Shown here: positions 20,801 through 29,769 of the stretch, in pieces | Numbering within the stretch: the first letter of the stretch is position 1 | How the letters are laid out: every line of letters starts with the position of its first letter | Source of the DNA: Verrucomicrobiota bacterium | GTDB taxonomy: Bacteria; Verrucomicrobiota; Verrucomicrobiia; Limisphaerales; CANJXF01 | Assembly (NCBI GenBank): GCA_038214755.1 | Contig: JBBQRQ010000008.1 | Span: 19,013 to 83,012, forward strand | Direction of reading: 5' to 3' | Length of the DNA stretch: 64,000 bases | Made by a program: the position numbers and the translations under genes | Notes under the pieces: generated by a model | What the model was told of the DNA's origin: nothing | The model's database searches: none | What the model saw: only the letters and a program-made list of their open reading frames with translations

Positions 20801-21318
20801 TTCCCGATTTTCAGGGCGGTGTCGCGATTTTCAATCGGCTCTTCCGTCCCCGACAAAGTCGGCACGCCGATTTTTTTCGCGAGACCGCGCGCGGCCGTTT
20901 TGTCGCCCATCAATTCGAGCAGTTCAGGACGCGGGCCGACGAAAACGATTCCTGCCTTTTCGCAAGCACGAGCGAACTGCGCATTTTCCGCGAGAAAACC
21001 GTAGCCGGGATGAATGAGGTCGATTTCTTTTTCTTTGGCGAGCGAGACAATTCCGTCGATGTCGAGATACGCGCCGACCGGCCCTTTGCCCTGGCCAACG
21101 AGATAGGCTTCATCGGCTTTGAAACGGTGAATGGAGAGTCGATCTTCCTGCGCGTAAATGGCGACGGTGCGCAGACCGAGTTCGGTGGCCGCGCGAAAAA
21201 TGCGGATGGAAATTTCACTGCGATTGGCGGCGAGCAGTTTTTTAAAAGGGCGGTTTGCTGAAGCTGGTTTTTGCTCTGGGGAAGTTTTGGTTTTGCTCAC
21301 AGCTTTTTGCGCGGACAT
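17806..21318 (-). CDS. pyc: Pyruvate carboxylase
   Basis: Biotin carboxylase (ANRSEI, HPGYGFLAEN, RDCSVQRRHQK), carboxyltransferase (RDAHQSL, IKDMAG, HFHTHD) and biotinyl domain (EAMKM). Confidence 0.98.
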   Translation of the reverse strand: MSAQKAVSKTKTSPEQKPASANRPFKKLLAANRSEISIRIFRAATELGLRTVAIYAQEDRLSIHRFKADEAYLVGQGKGPVGAYLDIDGIVSLAKEKEIDLIHPGYGFLAENAQFARACEKAGIVFVGPRPELLELMGDKTAARGLAKKIGVPTLSGTEEPIENRDTALKIGKEIGFPLIIKAAFGGGGRGMRVVHKAGDLQNLLDEARSEAERAFGNSAVFLEKYIPRAKHIEVQILGDKHGNVLHLHERDCSVQRRHQKVIEIAPSIALDEKVRGELCDAAVRMAKEVRYDNAGTIEFLYNLDSKEWFFIEMNPRIQVEHTVTEVITGIDLVRAQILIAQGFALHGPEINLPPQEKIPRNGCAVQCRVTTEDPENKFTPDYGKILTYRSAGGFGVRLDGGMGYAGSVITPFYDSLLVKITASGQDFHMALQRMDRVLREFRIRGVKTNIPFLENVIHNKVFRDGFATTTLIDTTPELFKFKPRRDRATKLLNFLGDVIINGNPQAKGYLPQKALTPATPPTYDHKQIPTKGTRQLLIELGPKKFAEWTLKQKRLLITDTTFRDAHQSLLATRVRSYDMLAIAGAVARRTPELFSLEMWGGATFDTAMRFLHEDPWKRLRQLRERIPNICFQMLFRGSNAVGYSNYPDNVVAGFVKHSAEAGIDIFRIFDSLNYTPNLKVAMEAVQKTRAICEPAICYTGDILDPKRTKYSLKYYVNLAKELERMGAHFLAIKDMAGLCRPYAAFQLVKALKEEIGIPIHFHTHDSSGINASAILRASDANVDVVDLAIASMSGSTSQPNLNSLVAALKNTPRDTELNLETLDEFSDYWEHVQQFYKPFDTAPRSGSAEVYLHEMPGGQYTNLKEQAASMGLGNRWPEIARTYAEVNQLFGDIVKVTPSSKVVGDMAMFLITRGIKPADVLNLEPGATPFPESVIDMLMGNLGQPLGGWPKKLQQVVLGNQKPMTTRPGANLKPLNLKKVREEISGKLKREATADDLYSHLMYPDVFAEFTKFNRDFSDVGVLPTPAFFYGLKPGEEVSVDIEEGKTLFIRLINIGQVDKDGRRIVTFELNGMSRETAIQDRSVQPKTKPRLKADPADPLQIGAPIPGLITTVNATVGAKVAKGDKLLTMEAMKMQTTIYASADGTVDKIFAQVGDTVESKDLIVKLKG

Positions 21319-21384
21319 AAAGTTCGCGTGTTTATACGGGCGAAAGCCGGGTTTGGCAAAATTTTTCCGGGAAAACTGCCGGTC

Positions 21385-21741
21385 AAGACTGCGAGTCCGT
21401 TGAGTCTTCTGACACAGAGAAAAAGCGTCTCCAATCCTGAGCGGCGTGAAGAATCCGCACCACCATGATTGTCGCTTGAAACGGCTGATAAAAAATCAAG
21501 CAATTGCGAAATTGCGGCACGACGATCCAACGGATTTTCGCATGACGAGGAGCAGCGTTGCGAATGCGATTCCCAATTCAGGATGTTGAGCGAGCAAATC
21601 GGCGCTATCGAGGATCACTTGACGGACGCGTTGGGCAGCTTCGAGGTTATCCGCGCGAATCTGGTTGGAGATATTTTCCAAGTCGTTCTGCGCTTTCGGG
21701 CTAAGTTTAGCACGACTCGAATCTCTGTTAACGCGACGCAT
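21385..21741 (-). pseudogene. Orphan ParE-family toxin, frameshifted near 21572
   Basis: LSPKAQNDLENI..LLAQHPELG continues in another frame as RIRNAAPRHAKIRWIVVPQFRNCLIFY..IMVVRILHAAQDW. Confidence 0.8.
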
Positions 21742-21749
21742 CCAATTTC

Positions 21750-21803
21750 AGAATGGAAATTTCACTGCGATTGGGCGCTAAAAAAATTTCCAACGCGCGC
21801 GCC
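21750..21803 (-). pseudogene. Orphan remnant of the pyc 5' end
   Basis: 22-bp exact match of 21753-21774 to 21206-21227; FLAPNRSEISI versus LLAANRSEISI. Confidence 0.75.
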
Positions 21804-21812
21804 CACCAAGGA

Positions 21813-22088
21813 GTGGGGCACACATCCTGTCTGCCATCTGGGCTTCCAGCCGCAGGATTCGCGGGCAAGATGCCCGCTCAGACAGGCTGGCAGCCTGCCC
21901 CACGGCCTCTTGATCGGATTGGTGGTGGTGTCAAGGGCGTGTTGCCCAAATCAGTAGGAGCGCGGACGTTCTTCGTCCGCGTGAATCGTGAGAGACGAAA
22001 GCACAAGGGTTTTGTCCGTTTTGAAGCTCGCGGACGAGAACGTCCGCGCTCCTTTTCATTTGGGCAACACGCCCTCAAGATGCGCCCG
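21813..22088. repeat. Composite REP/MITE cluster (GTGGGGCA-family REP element with a nested MITE)
   Basis: Inverted copy of the element at 46906-47064, with its end interrupted by the MITE at 21935-22074. Confidence 0.8.
21935..22074. mobile_element. MITE-like element with terminal inverted repeats and an apparent TCAA target duplication
   Basis: tcaa|gggcgtgttgcccaaat...atttgggcaacacgccc|tcaa; related element at 29770-29902. Confidence 0.72.
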
Positions 22089-22160
22089 GTCGATGATTAG
22101 CTCTCTGAAAATTTAGTGCGCCCGGCGTTGCTCAATCGTATAGGCGGATCGCGCGATAAT

Positions 22161-22436
22161 TTGTTCCGCTTCCAAATTTTTACAGGCGACCGCGACTCTG
22201 CTGTTGGGCGTCTTTTTTTATCGATGCCCGTGGCGAGGCACGGTTCTCCACAAAAAAATTTGGTCGATTTTCGTTCGCAGATTCTTCCCATCATTTCCAC
22301 AAAATGTTTTCACTGCCACGGGCCGGATGAGGCCGCGCGAAAAGCAAAACTGCGATTGGATATCCGCGACGAGGCGATCAAGGAACGCGAAGGCAAAATG
22401 TTCGCCATCAAACCAACGTCTGATTGGTCCTACTAA
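22161..22436 (+). pseudogene. Truncated N-terminus of a PSD1/planctomycete cytochrome c protein
   Basis: VDFRSQILPIISTKCFHCHGPD..RKAKLRLD then stops; paralogous to the N-terminus of 50352-53531. Confidence 0.82.
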
Positions 22437-22616
22437 CGAAGCGCGGGTGGTAAGGGAGATACTGGGTTAGGAAATTGTCTGGGTTCATTAGCTTTCTTAC
22501 ATTGCCAGCCATTGAAACAGCCTCGCCGATCTGACTCTCCTTCTTCGACGAAGCTGGAAGCTTCGTAACCTGCAGGCTGAAAGCCCGCGCGACGGTCAGA
22601 ATTCTTTCTTCGTGGG

Positions 22617-22660
22617 GAAAAAAACAACCGAGGGATGGAGCAACTCCACTATCCCTCGGT
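22617..22660 (-). terminator. Intrinsic terminator downstream of the large repeat protein
   Basis: Hairpin accgagggat...atccctcggt followed by a T-tract on the minus strand. Confidence 0.7.
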
Positions 22661-22690
22661 CGGTAGTTCGTTTCCGGTGCGGCCGGCCAA

Positions 22691-25600
22691 TTATTGCTCT
22701 CCGCCTCCAGGGAAGGTAGCCGGTTCAAGGACGACCCGTCCGCTTTGGTTGGTGCCCAGGAAGTAACCGGAAGCATCGTTGGCTTTTTGCAGGACTGCGC
22801 CTTTGAAGGTGCTTGTTTTGAGTGTGCCCTTTTCCTTGAACGTTCCGGTGAACAGTCCAGAGGAGAGCGTAAAGCTCATGGTCACTGTGTTCGTGCTGTT
22901 ATTCGTGATGTGACTGCTCGGACCCATTGTCACGGGGTTCGCAAATGCGTGAGGCAGATTTCCCCCGGTCACAGTAACTACACCGTTGGTAATACGGAGC
23001 ACCTTGTTCGTGCCGACCGGCGCTACGTAGCGCGAGCCTATCGAGTCACTACCTACGTTGAAGCCGGCAGGGTAGAGTAACGTTGCCATACGCGGGCGAA
23101 TCCAATTGAGCATACCCGCGACGTCGCTGTTAGTGTGAGTCGTGTCGAAGGACATCCAACCGAGCAATGATCCCCGACCACTGTAGAGCGACGAGTAGAG
23201 CGGCCAATCGCCATTCTTCGAGATACTCGTGGTCTGCGGAGCGGCCGTCCCATCAGCCAGTGTTCCGCTGAAGGTGACCACGCCGCTTGAATTAACCACC
23301 ACCGTGCCATATCCGTCCCCTTCCGGAGAGGTAGTGGCACCGGGTATACCCGGGATAATCAACGTATAACGTCCGGCTTGAGGCGCGGGGTTGGTCGCGT
23401 TAAAGACAGCGCGGTCACCGAGTAATGGCGCGGTCCAGGTAGCATTACTTACTACTCCGGTAATGCGGTCTGAGTCAGTCGGGTCAAGCATCCAGAATAC
23501 GGTGACGGCATTGGTGCCAGTTCGAGGCACGGTATTAGTTGCTTTGCCTTCGGAGGAAAGCTTGCCGCTGGTGGGATAGTTCTTGCCGGTTGATTTCAAA
23601 GTTGCGGTATAGCCGCCGTTCGTGGCGAGAATCAAGCTGAAGAAACCAGAGCGGTCGTTTTGCACGTCGTCCGTGACTGCGAACAAGCCATTATAGGTTC
23701 CTTTGGCGAAGCGAACTGCATTCGTCGTCGGCGGCGGCGGATTGATCGTGCCGGAGCAACTGGCCGATGCGGCTACGCTGACGGAGTGGCATACACTTAA
23801 ACCGCGAGCCGTGACGGTGCCTGCTGCGGGATTGACTCCCGCAGTGACGATATAGCTTCCGGTGAATTGCTGTGACTCACCGGGCGCGAGTTCAATTGGT
23901 CCGAGCACCGGCGTATTGGCAGCGGGCAGACTGCTGACGACAAACACATTGGTGAGAACCCCATCGCCAGAGTTGCTGACGGTGCCGCTGTAATTAAATG
24001 CCTGGCCCACGGCGATAGTGCCAGTCGGACAATTCTTGGTAACGGTGATGCGGGGATTGGTCTTCAACGGGCAAACGTCGGACACTTCGTCCGTGACCGT
24101 GACGCCGGAGCAACGGTCATCGCCCCGCGCAGCCACTGTACTCGGCACGTCGCAACAATCCGACGGAGCCGTAAAGGTAGCGGTAAAGTTGCTGGAGGCT
24201 CCTGGAGCCAGAGTGATGGGACCGAGGATAGGTGTGTTGGGGTTAGGAACACTGCTCACGACAAACACATTTACCAGAGTGCCATTTCCCGTATTTTTAA
24301 CTGTGCCGGTGTAGGTGAAGACGCCGCCGAGCGGAGGTGGCGTCGCCGGGCAATTCTTGGTGACCTTAATCGACGGAGTATAAGTGATTGGGCAAGTCGT
24401 CGTGGTACTGTTGGTTACCGCGACATCGCAGATGCTCACGCCGCGGGCGGTGACAGTGTCGGTTCCGCAGAAATCAACCGGCACGGTATTGGAGCCGGTG
24501 TAACTGACCGTTTGACCCGGCGCCAAAGTGATGGGACCGAGCACGCGAGTGTTGTTGGTCGGTGTGCTATGGACGACGGTCACATTAGTTAGCGAGATGT
24601 CGCCGGTGTTTCTAACCGTGCCGCTAAATTGCAACACTTGTCCGGGACCGGTCGTATTCGTGGAGCACACTCTGGTTACGACTATGCCGGGCGAACTAAG
24701 TATCGGGCAAGTGCGGGTCGCGGCGGCGGCAACGACGACTCCGTTGCATGGATTGGCGCCAGTCGCTTTAACCGTGCTTGTATCGGTGCAACAATTGGTA
24801 TGTGCCGTGTAACTGCCAGTAAAGTTCGCCGAAGCGCCTGGAGCCAGTGAAGCCACGCTGAAGACCACGGTATTGGTGTTGGGCCGATCACTCACCACAA
24901 CGACGTTGGTCAAAACCACGTTACCGGAATTACTAACAGTACCACTGTAAGTCAGGGTTCCACCAGGGGCCGTCGCTCCCGGCGGACAAGTCTGGCTCAC
25001 GGTGATGCCGGGAGTACCAGCCACCGGGCAGGTTGACGAAGTCGAGTCGGCGACAGTGATTCCGCTGCAAGCGTCCCGTCCCGTAGCCGTGGTCGTGGAG
25101 GTGACCGAACATACTCCAGCGGGGGCGGTATAACTCCCGGTGAAGTTGGCGATGGCGTGCGGCGCAAGAGACGCCACGGTGAAGACGGGGGTAGCCCCTG
25201 TCCGATCATTGGTCACAACGATATTGGTCAAGGAAATGTTACCGGAGTTACTGACACTGCCGCTGTAGGAGAGAACGCCGCCGGGACTAGTCACGCTCGC
25301 CGGACAGTTCTGCCGGACAACGATGCCTGGAGCGGTTCCGAGCGGGCAGGTGGCGGAGGCGGTGTTTGAAACCACCAGCGAGGTGCAGGCCGAGGTGCCT
25401 CTTGCAACAACTGCGGCGCTGACGGAACAACCACTTAACGGCGCAGTGAAAGTGGCGGTGAAGTTAGTCGATGCCCCAGGCGCAAGACTGGCCAGGGTAA
25501 GAACCGTTGTGGGAGAAGGCTGGCTGCTCGCAACGGTTACGTTATTCAAGGTAACATCGCCCGGATTGCTTACGGTGCCCGTGTAGGTGACCGGACCTCC

Positions 25601-28441
25601 CGGCGAAGCTGGCGCAACCGGACAAGCCAGGCTGACCGCAATGACCGGAGTCGTCGCAATCGGGCAGGTGGTTGAATTAACATTGGTGACCGCGTTGCCA
25701 TTGCACGTGTTGTTGGCAGTGGCAGTAAGCGTTGCCGTGACCGAGCAGCCGCTACTCGGCGCGATATAACTACCCGTGAAATTAGTGGTGGCGCCCGGCG
25801 CCAGCGTAGCGACGGTGAAGACCGGGCTGGGTCCACTGCGATCATTGACTACGACGACGTTGGTCAAAGTGATGTTACCCGAGTTGTTGACGCTGCCGCT
25901 GTAAGTCAGGAGGCCACCGGCGCTCGGCGCGATGGTCGGACAACTTTGGCGAACGATGAGGCTCGGACTGGTGGTGAGCTGGCACGTGGCCGAAGCGGTG
26001 TCGCTGACACTACCGGCGGCGCAACTGTTCGTCGCGCTGGCCGTAACGGTGCTCGTGACGGAACAGGTATTGGTCGGGGTAACGAAAGTTGCGCTGAAAT
26101 TTGCGGTGGCTCCGGGAGCGAGACTAGCCAGTGTGAAAACCGTGCTCGGTGAAGCCTGATTATTCACAACAACGATATTGTTCAAAGTGACATTGCCCGG
26201 ATTTTTGACCGTTCCCGTATAAGTAATCGACGCGCCCGTAGCGACGGGGGTCGTGGGACAGTTCAAGGTCACAGCAATAATGGGAGAGCCGGAGATGGGG
26301 CAGGTGGAAGAGAACGAACTGGTAGCCACGGCGCCATTGCAAGCGTTCACGCCTGTGGCAGTAGCAACAGATGTAACAGAGCAACCGCTGTTCGTGGGCA
26401 CGACGTAACTTCCCGTAAAATTAACCGTTGCTCCGGCAGCCAATGTGGGGGCCGTGAAGACCGGGGTGGTTCCAGTGCGGCTGTTGGTTACCAGGACGTT
26501 GGTCAACGTAACGCTGCCCGCGTTACTGACGGTGCCGCTGTAAGTCAGCGTGCCTCCGGGAGCGGTGGGGATACTGGGACAATTCTGGGTAACGACAATG
26601 GTTCCGGTAGTGGTGTAAGGACAAGTCGCCGAAGCACTATTGGTAACTACCACGGAAGTGCAGGCATCACTGCCGCTCGCGCTTACAGTGCTGCTGACTG
26701 AGCAGGCAGCAACCGGCGTGGTGAAACTCGCGGTGAAATTGGAGGAGACTCCCGGAGCGAGGGTGGCAATGGTTAACACCACCGGACTGGGCACCGCATC
26801 GTCATCCCGGACAACCACGTTGTTCAAAGTTACATTACCGGAGTTTCGGACGGAACCGGTATAGGTCACATTGGACCCGCCATTGACCGGCGTTGTGGGG
26901 CAATTCAAGGTAACCGCGATGCCGGGGGCCGTGGTAACCGCACAGGTTGCGGAAGTGGAATTAGTGACTCCAGTGCCGTTGCAGGCATTCTTGCCGCCGG
27001 CAGTGAGGTTTGCCGTAACCGAACAGGAAATCCCCCCCGGAACGGTATAACTGCCGGTGAAGTTAGCGGACGCTCCGACCGCAAGCGTCGCCAATGAGAA
27101 GACGGTTGTATTCGACGAAGGACGATCACTGATGACGGTGACGTTCGTGAGGGTCACGTTTCCGGCATTGCTGACGGTGCCGCTATAAGTAGCGGTCCCG
27201 CCGGGCGAGAGCGGAATGGACGAACAAACTGCGGTTACTAAAATAACCGGAGTCGTCGCAATCGGACAGGTCGTCGTAACGCTGTTCGCCACTGGCACGT
27301 TACAACGGCTGCCGGCACTGGCGGTTAACGTATCCGTCACCGAACAATTGGTTGGGGCGATATAACTTCCCGTAAAATTGGCCGAAGCGCCGGGAGCCAG
27401 TGAAGCCAGGGTGAAAACCGGGGTGGACCCTGTCTGGCTATCGGTGACGAGAACGTTGGTCAAGGTAATGTTCCCTGTGTTGCTGACCGTTCCCGAGTAG
27501 GTGAGCGTCTGGCCAGGGAAGGGAGCGACCACGGGACAAACCTTGGTGACGACAATTCCGGGAGACGTCGTAACTGAGCAGGTTATGGGAACGACGCTCG
27601 TGACAAGCTGGGGACTGGCCGTAGCCGCATCCCGGCCCGAGGCGGTCAACGTGGCGGTGGTTGGTCCGCATGAATTCGTCGGCACATAGCTTCCGCTAAA
27701 AGAAACAGTTTGATTGCTGGTGAGGTTCACAGGGCCGAAAACAAGCACTGCCGTGCCATCCACCACATTACTGACGGTCACCCCGCTCAATGGGTTGTTG
27801 CCGCAATTGAATACCATGCCGGTAAAACTAATAGAACCATTTTCTCCGGTGCTACCGACGCATTGCGCGGTGAGACGAATACAAGGCTTACTCACTTCAG
27901 TGTTCACTCCCTGGTCGGCGCCGCCGTTGCTGTCGGTGTCGTTTTGATGAATGGTTGCACGATCCTGGGCAGTGGCGCGGAGTGTATCGTCAGGCCTCAC
28001 ATCCTGAGCGCGGGCCACATAACTGACAACGTTGCTGTAGAAGTCCGATTGTCCGTTGGAGAGATTCGTGCGGACGAGAGTAATAGGGTGAAGCACGCCG
28101 TCTGGTGTCGTAAGAGATGCAGTGATACCCGTGGCATCGCAGACTACTGGACCCACGCCGGTTCCATTGAAGACGAGAATACTGTAATTCAGTGTATCCC
28201 CAATATGAATGTCCGGCGCATCGGTAAAAAGTGTTATCCCCAACCCGCTGCCGGTGCATCCAGGCGGCCTTGAGTCGGCCCGCCCCTGGGTTGTTCCAAA
28301 GAGCAGGATGATCAAAGCAGACAGACAGGTCAAAGTCGTTGCCATAACGCTGCTATTGAACCAGCGTTTTTCTTTTCTTGTTCGATTGCCCGGCAACGGC
28401 GCAAGGCAATTTGAGGCTGGGTAGTGGATTGAGGTATTCAT
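22691..28441 (-). CDS. Large secreted surface protein with ~14 Cys-rich DUF11/DUF7507-like Ig repeats and a C-terminal beta domain
   Basis: Signal peptide; ~105-aa repeats P.I.V...C...TY(S/T)G(T/S)V.N.G(N/D)..L.N; C-terminal GTYNGLF domain. Confidence 0.88.
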   Translation of the reverse strand: MNTSIHYPASNCLAPLPGNRTRKEKRWFNSSVMATTLTCLSALIILLFGTTQGRADSRPPGCTGSGLGITLFTDAPDIHIGDTLNYSILVFNGTGVGPVVCDATGITASLTTPDGVLHPITLVRTNLSNGQSDFYSNVVSYVARAQDVRPDDTLRATAQDRATIHQNDTDSNGGADQGVNTEVSKPCIRLTAQCVGSTGENGSISFTGMVFNCGNNPLSGVTVSNVVDGTAVLVFGPVNLTSNQTVSFSGSYVPTNSCGPTTATLTASGRDAATASPQLVTSVVPITCSVTTSPGIVVTKVCPVVAPFPGQTLTYSGTVSNTGNITLTNVLVTDSQTGSTPVFTLASLAPGASANFTGSYIAPTNCSVTDTLTASAGSRCNVPVANSVTTTCPIATTPVILVTAVCSSIPLSPGGTATYSGTVSNAGNVTLTNVTVISDRPSSNTTVFSLATLAVGASANFTGSYTVPGGISCSVTANLTAGGKNACNGTGVTNSTSATCAVTTAPGIAVTLNCPTTPVNGGSNVTYTGSVRNSGNVTLNNVVVRDDDAVPSPVVLTIATLAPGVSSNFTASFTTPVAACSVSSTVSASGSDACTSVVVTNSASATCPYTTTGTIVVTQNCPSIPTAPGGTLTYSGTVSNAGSVTLTNVLVTNSRTGTTPVFTAPTLAAGATVNFTGSYVVPTNSGCSVTSVATATGVNACNGAVATSSFSSTCPISGSPIIAVTLNCPTTPVATGASITYTGTVKNPGNVTLNNIVVVNNQASPSTVFTLASLAPGATANFSATFVTPTNTCSVTSTVTASATNSCAAGSVSDTASATCQLTTSPSLIVRQSCPTIAPSAGGLLTYSGSVNNSGNITLTNVVVVNDRSGPSPVFTVATLAPGATTNFTGSYIAPSSGCSVTATLTATANNTCNGNAVTNVNSTTCPIATTPVIAVSLACPVAPASPGGPVTYTGTVSNPGDVTLNNVTVASSQPSPTTVLTLASLAPGASTNFTATFTAPLSGCSVSAAVVARGTSACTSLVVSNTASATCPLGTAPGIVVRQNCPASVTSPGGVLSYSGSVSNSGNISLTNIVVTNDRTGATPVFTVASLAPHAIANFTGSYTAPAGVCSVTSTTTATGRDACSGITVADSTSSTCPVAGTPGITVSQTCPPGATAPGGTLTYSGTVSNSGNVVLTNVVVVSDRPNTNTVVFSVASLAPGASANFTGSYTAHTNCCTDTSTVKATGANPCNGVVVAAAATRTCPILSSPGIVVTRVCSTNTTGPGQVLQFSGTVRNTGDISLTNVTVVHSTPTNNTRVLGPITLAPGQTVSYTGSNTVPVDFCGTDTVTARGVSICDVAVTNSTTTTCPITYTPSIKVTKNCPATPPPLGGVFTYTGTVKNTGNGTLVNVFVVSSVPNPNTPILGPITLAPGASSNFTATFTAPSDCCDVPSTVAARGDDRCSGVTVTDEVSDVCPLKTNPRITVTKNCPTGTIAVGQAFNYSGTVSNSGDGVLTNVFVVSSLPAANTPVLGPIELAPGESQQFTGSYIVTAGVNPAAGTVTARGLSVCHSVSVAASASCSGTINPPPPTTNAVRFAKGTYNGLFAVTDDVQNDRSGFFSLILATNGGYTATLKSTGKNYPTSGKLSSEGKATNTVPRTGTNAVTVFWMLDPTDSDRITGVVSNATWTAPLLGDRAVFNATNPAPQAGRYTLIIPGIPGATTSPEGDGYGTVVVNSSGVVTFSGTLADGTAAPQTTSISKNGDWPLYSSLYSGRGSLLGWMSFDTTHTNSDVAGMLNWIRPRMATLLYPAGFNVGSDSIGSRYVAPVGTNKVLRITNGVVTVTGGNLPHAFANPVTMGPSSHITNNSTNTVTMSFTLSSGLFTGTFKEKGTLKTSTFKGAVLQKANDASGYFLGTNQSGRVVLEPATFPGGGEQ

Positions 28442-28983
28442 AGGTTTTGTTTTTGGAGGGTGCAGGTCTGGATTTGCGGCCCCAACGGCCTTGAGTAAAT
28501 TTCTAATTGTCTGTGCTTACAACGCGACTCCGAACTTTTTTTTGTTGCGCGATAATGAACGCAACCTTTCCACGGTCAAGCCCAATTTAGTTTTTTTTTC
28601 AGCGCGGGTTTGATTAACAATTATCGGTTGGCCATACGGAAAAAGTAAAAAACGGAATTGATTGCGGTGAACTTTGATCCTCCATCCGGCAGGTAGCAGA
28701 GGGAAAATCGATGCACGAGATGAAATAGTTATTTCCTGGACCTGGCCGCAAAGGGTCCGCTGTTCAGTGGTTACTTGAAGGATTGCCTTAACGCAAAATC
28801 GGGGACTTGGCCGTCGTAGCATTAGTCCCTATCCCCGATCTTCCGGTTCGCCCGCGGGAGGAAGGTTCAATTCTCTCCCGAAATTTTTTCAAAAATTTCG
28901 TTGCAAACCTTTTAAGTTTTATCAAGCTCTCCCCGCGGCCCATCGTGAACGATGGGTCGCTTTGAAACCAAAAAATAAGACCT

Positions 28984-29745
28984 ATGAACGTATCCAAAAA
29001 AATAAACGCCTGGTACGGCTGGGTGCCCGACCGGCCGGACTACCGCGATAAACTTTACTCCGCCATCGCCTCGCCGCCCAGGAAGCTGCCGCCTGCGGTG
29101 GACCTTAGTCCGCAATGTTCGGCCGTCGAGGACCAGGGCCAACTCGGCAGTTGCACGGCCAACGCGCTCGTGGGCAATCTGGAGTTTTTAGAAAAGAAAA
29201 ATGGAAAGCCCGTCACTAATCTCAGCCGCCTCTTCGTCTATTACAACGAGCGCGTCATGGAAGGCACGGTCAAGGAAGATGCGGGCGCGATGATCCGTGA
29301 TGGGGTGAAGAGTCTGGTTAACCAAGGCGTATGTTCGGAGAAGCAATGGCCCTATACCACCTCGAAGTTCGCGCAACAACCCTCCGCTGCCTGCGTCAAG
29401 GCCGCGCTTAAGCGAAAGGTTATTTCCTACCATCGCCTCCTTTCTCTACAGGATATGAAGAAATGTTTGGCGGAAGGTTATCCTTTCGTATTCGGCTTTT
29501 CCGTTTATGAAGGCTTCGAGACGCCCAATGTTGCGAAGACAGGGATGCTTGAGCTACCTCAACCCGGCGAACGTCAACTCGGCGGTCACGCCATCATGGC
29601 CGTCGGTTACACCGACTCTACCCAGCGCCTTCTGATTCGTAATTCATGGGGGAACGACTGGGGATTGAAAGGCTACTTCACTATGCCCTATTCCTATGCC
29701 TCGAACAGCAATCTGTCGGATGACTTTTGGACCATTCGCGCTTGA
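28984..29745 (+). CDS. Papain-like (C1A) cysteine protease
   Basis: DQGQLGSCTANA, GGHA..VGY, RNSWG..WG..GYF. Confidence 0.95.
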   Translation: MNVSKKINAWYGWVPDRPDYRDKLYSAIASPPRKLPPAVDLSPQCSAVEDQGQLGSCTANALVGNLEFLEKKNGKPVTNLSRLFVYYNERVMEGTVKEDAGAMIRDGVKSLVNQGVCSEKQWPYTTSKFAQQPSAACVKAALKRKVISYHRLLSLQDMKKCLAEGYPFVFGFSVYEGFETPNVAKTGMLELPQPGERQLGGHAIMAVGYTDSTQRLLIRNSWGNDWGLKGYFTMPYSYASNSNLSDDFWTIRA

Positions 29746-29769
29746 AATCGGGTCAAGCAATTCTCTCAT

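Noticed and set aside
18145..21261. Long + strand ORFs (262, 269 and 347 aa) opposite pyc
   Set aside because: Antisense shadows of a GC3-biased gene with no motifs. The same applies to 253-1101, 55432-56502, 59255-60520 and 63038-63886.
28442..28530. c-di-GMP-I riboswitch upstream of the large surface protein
   Set aside because: Only a partial GGGCCGCAAA resemblance; I could not build the conserved P1/P2 structure. An Infernal/Rfam search would settle it.
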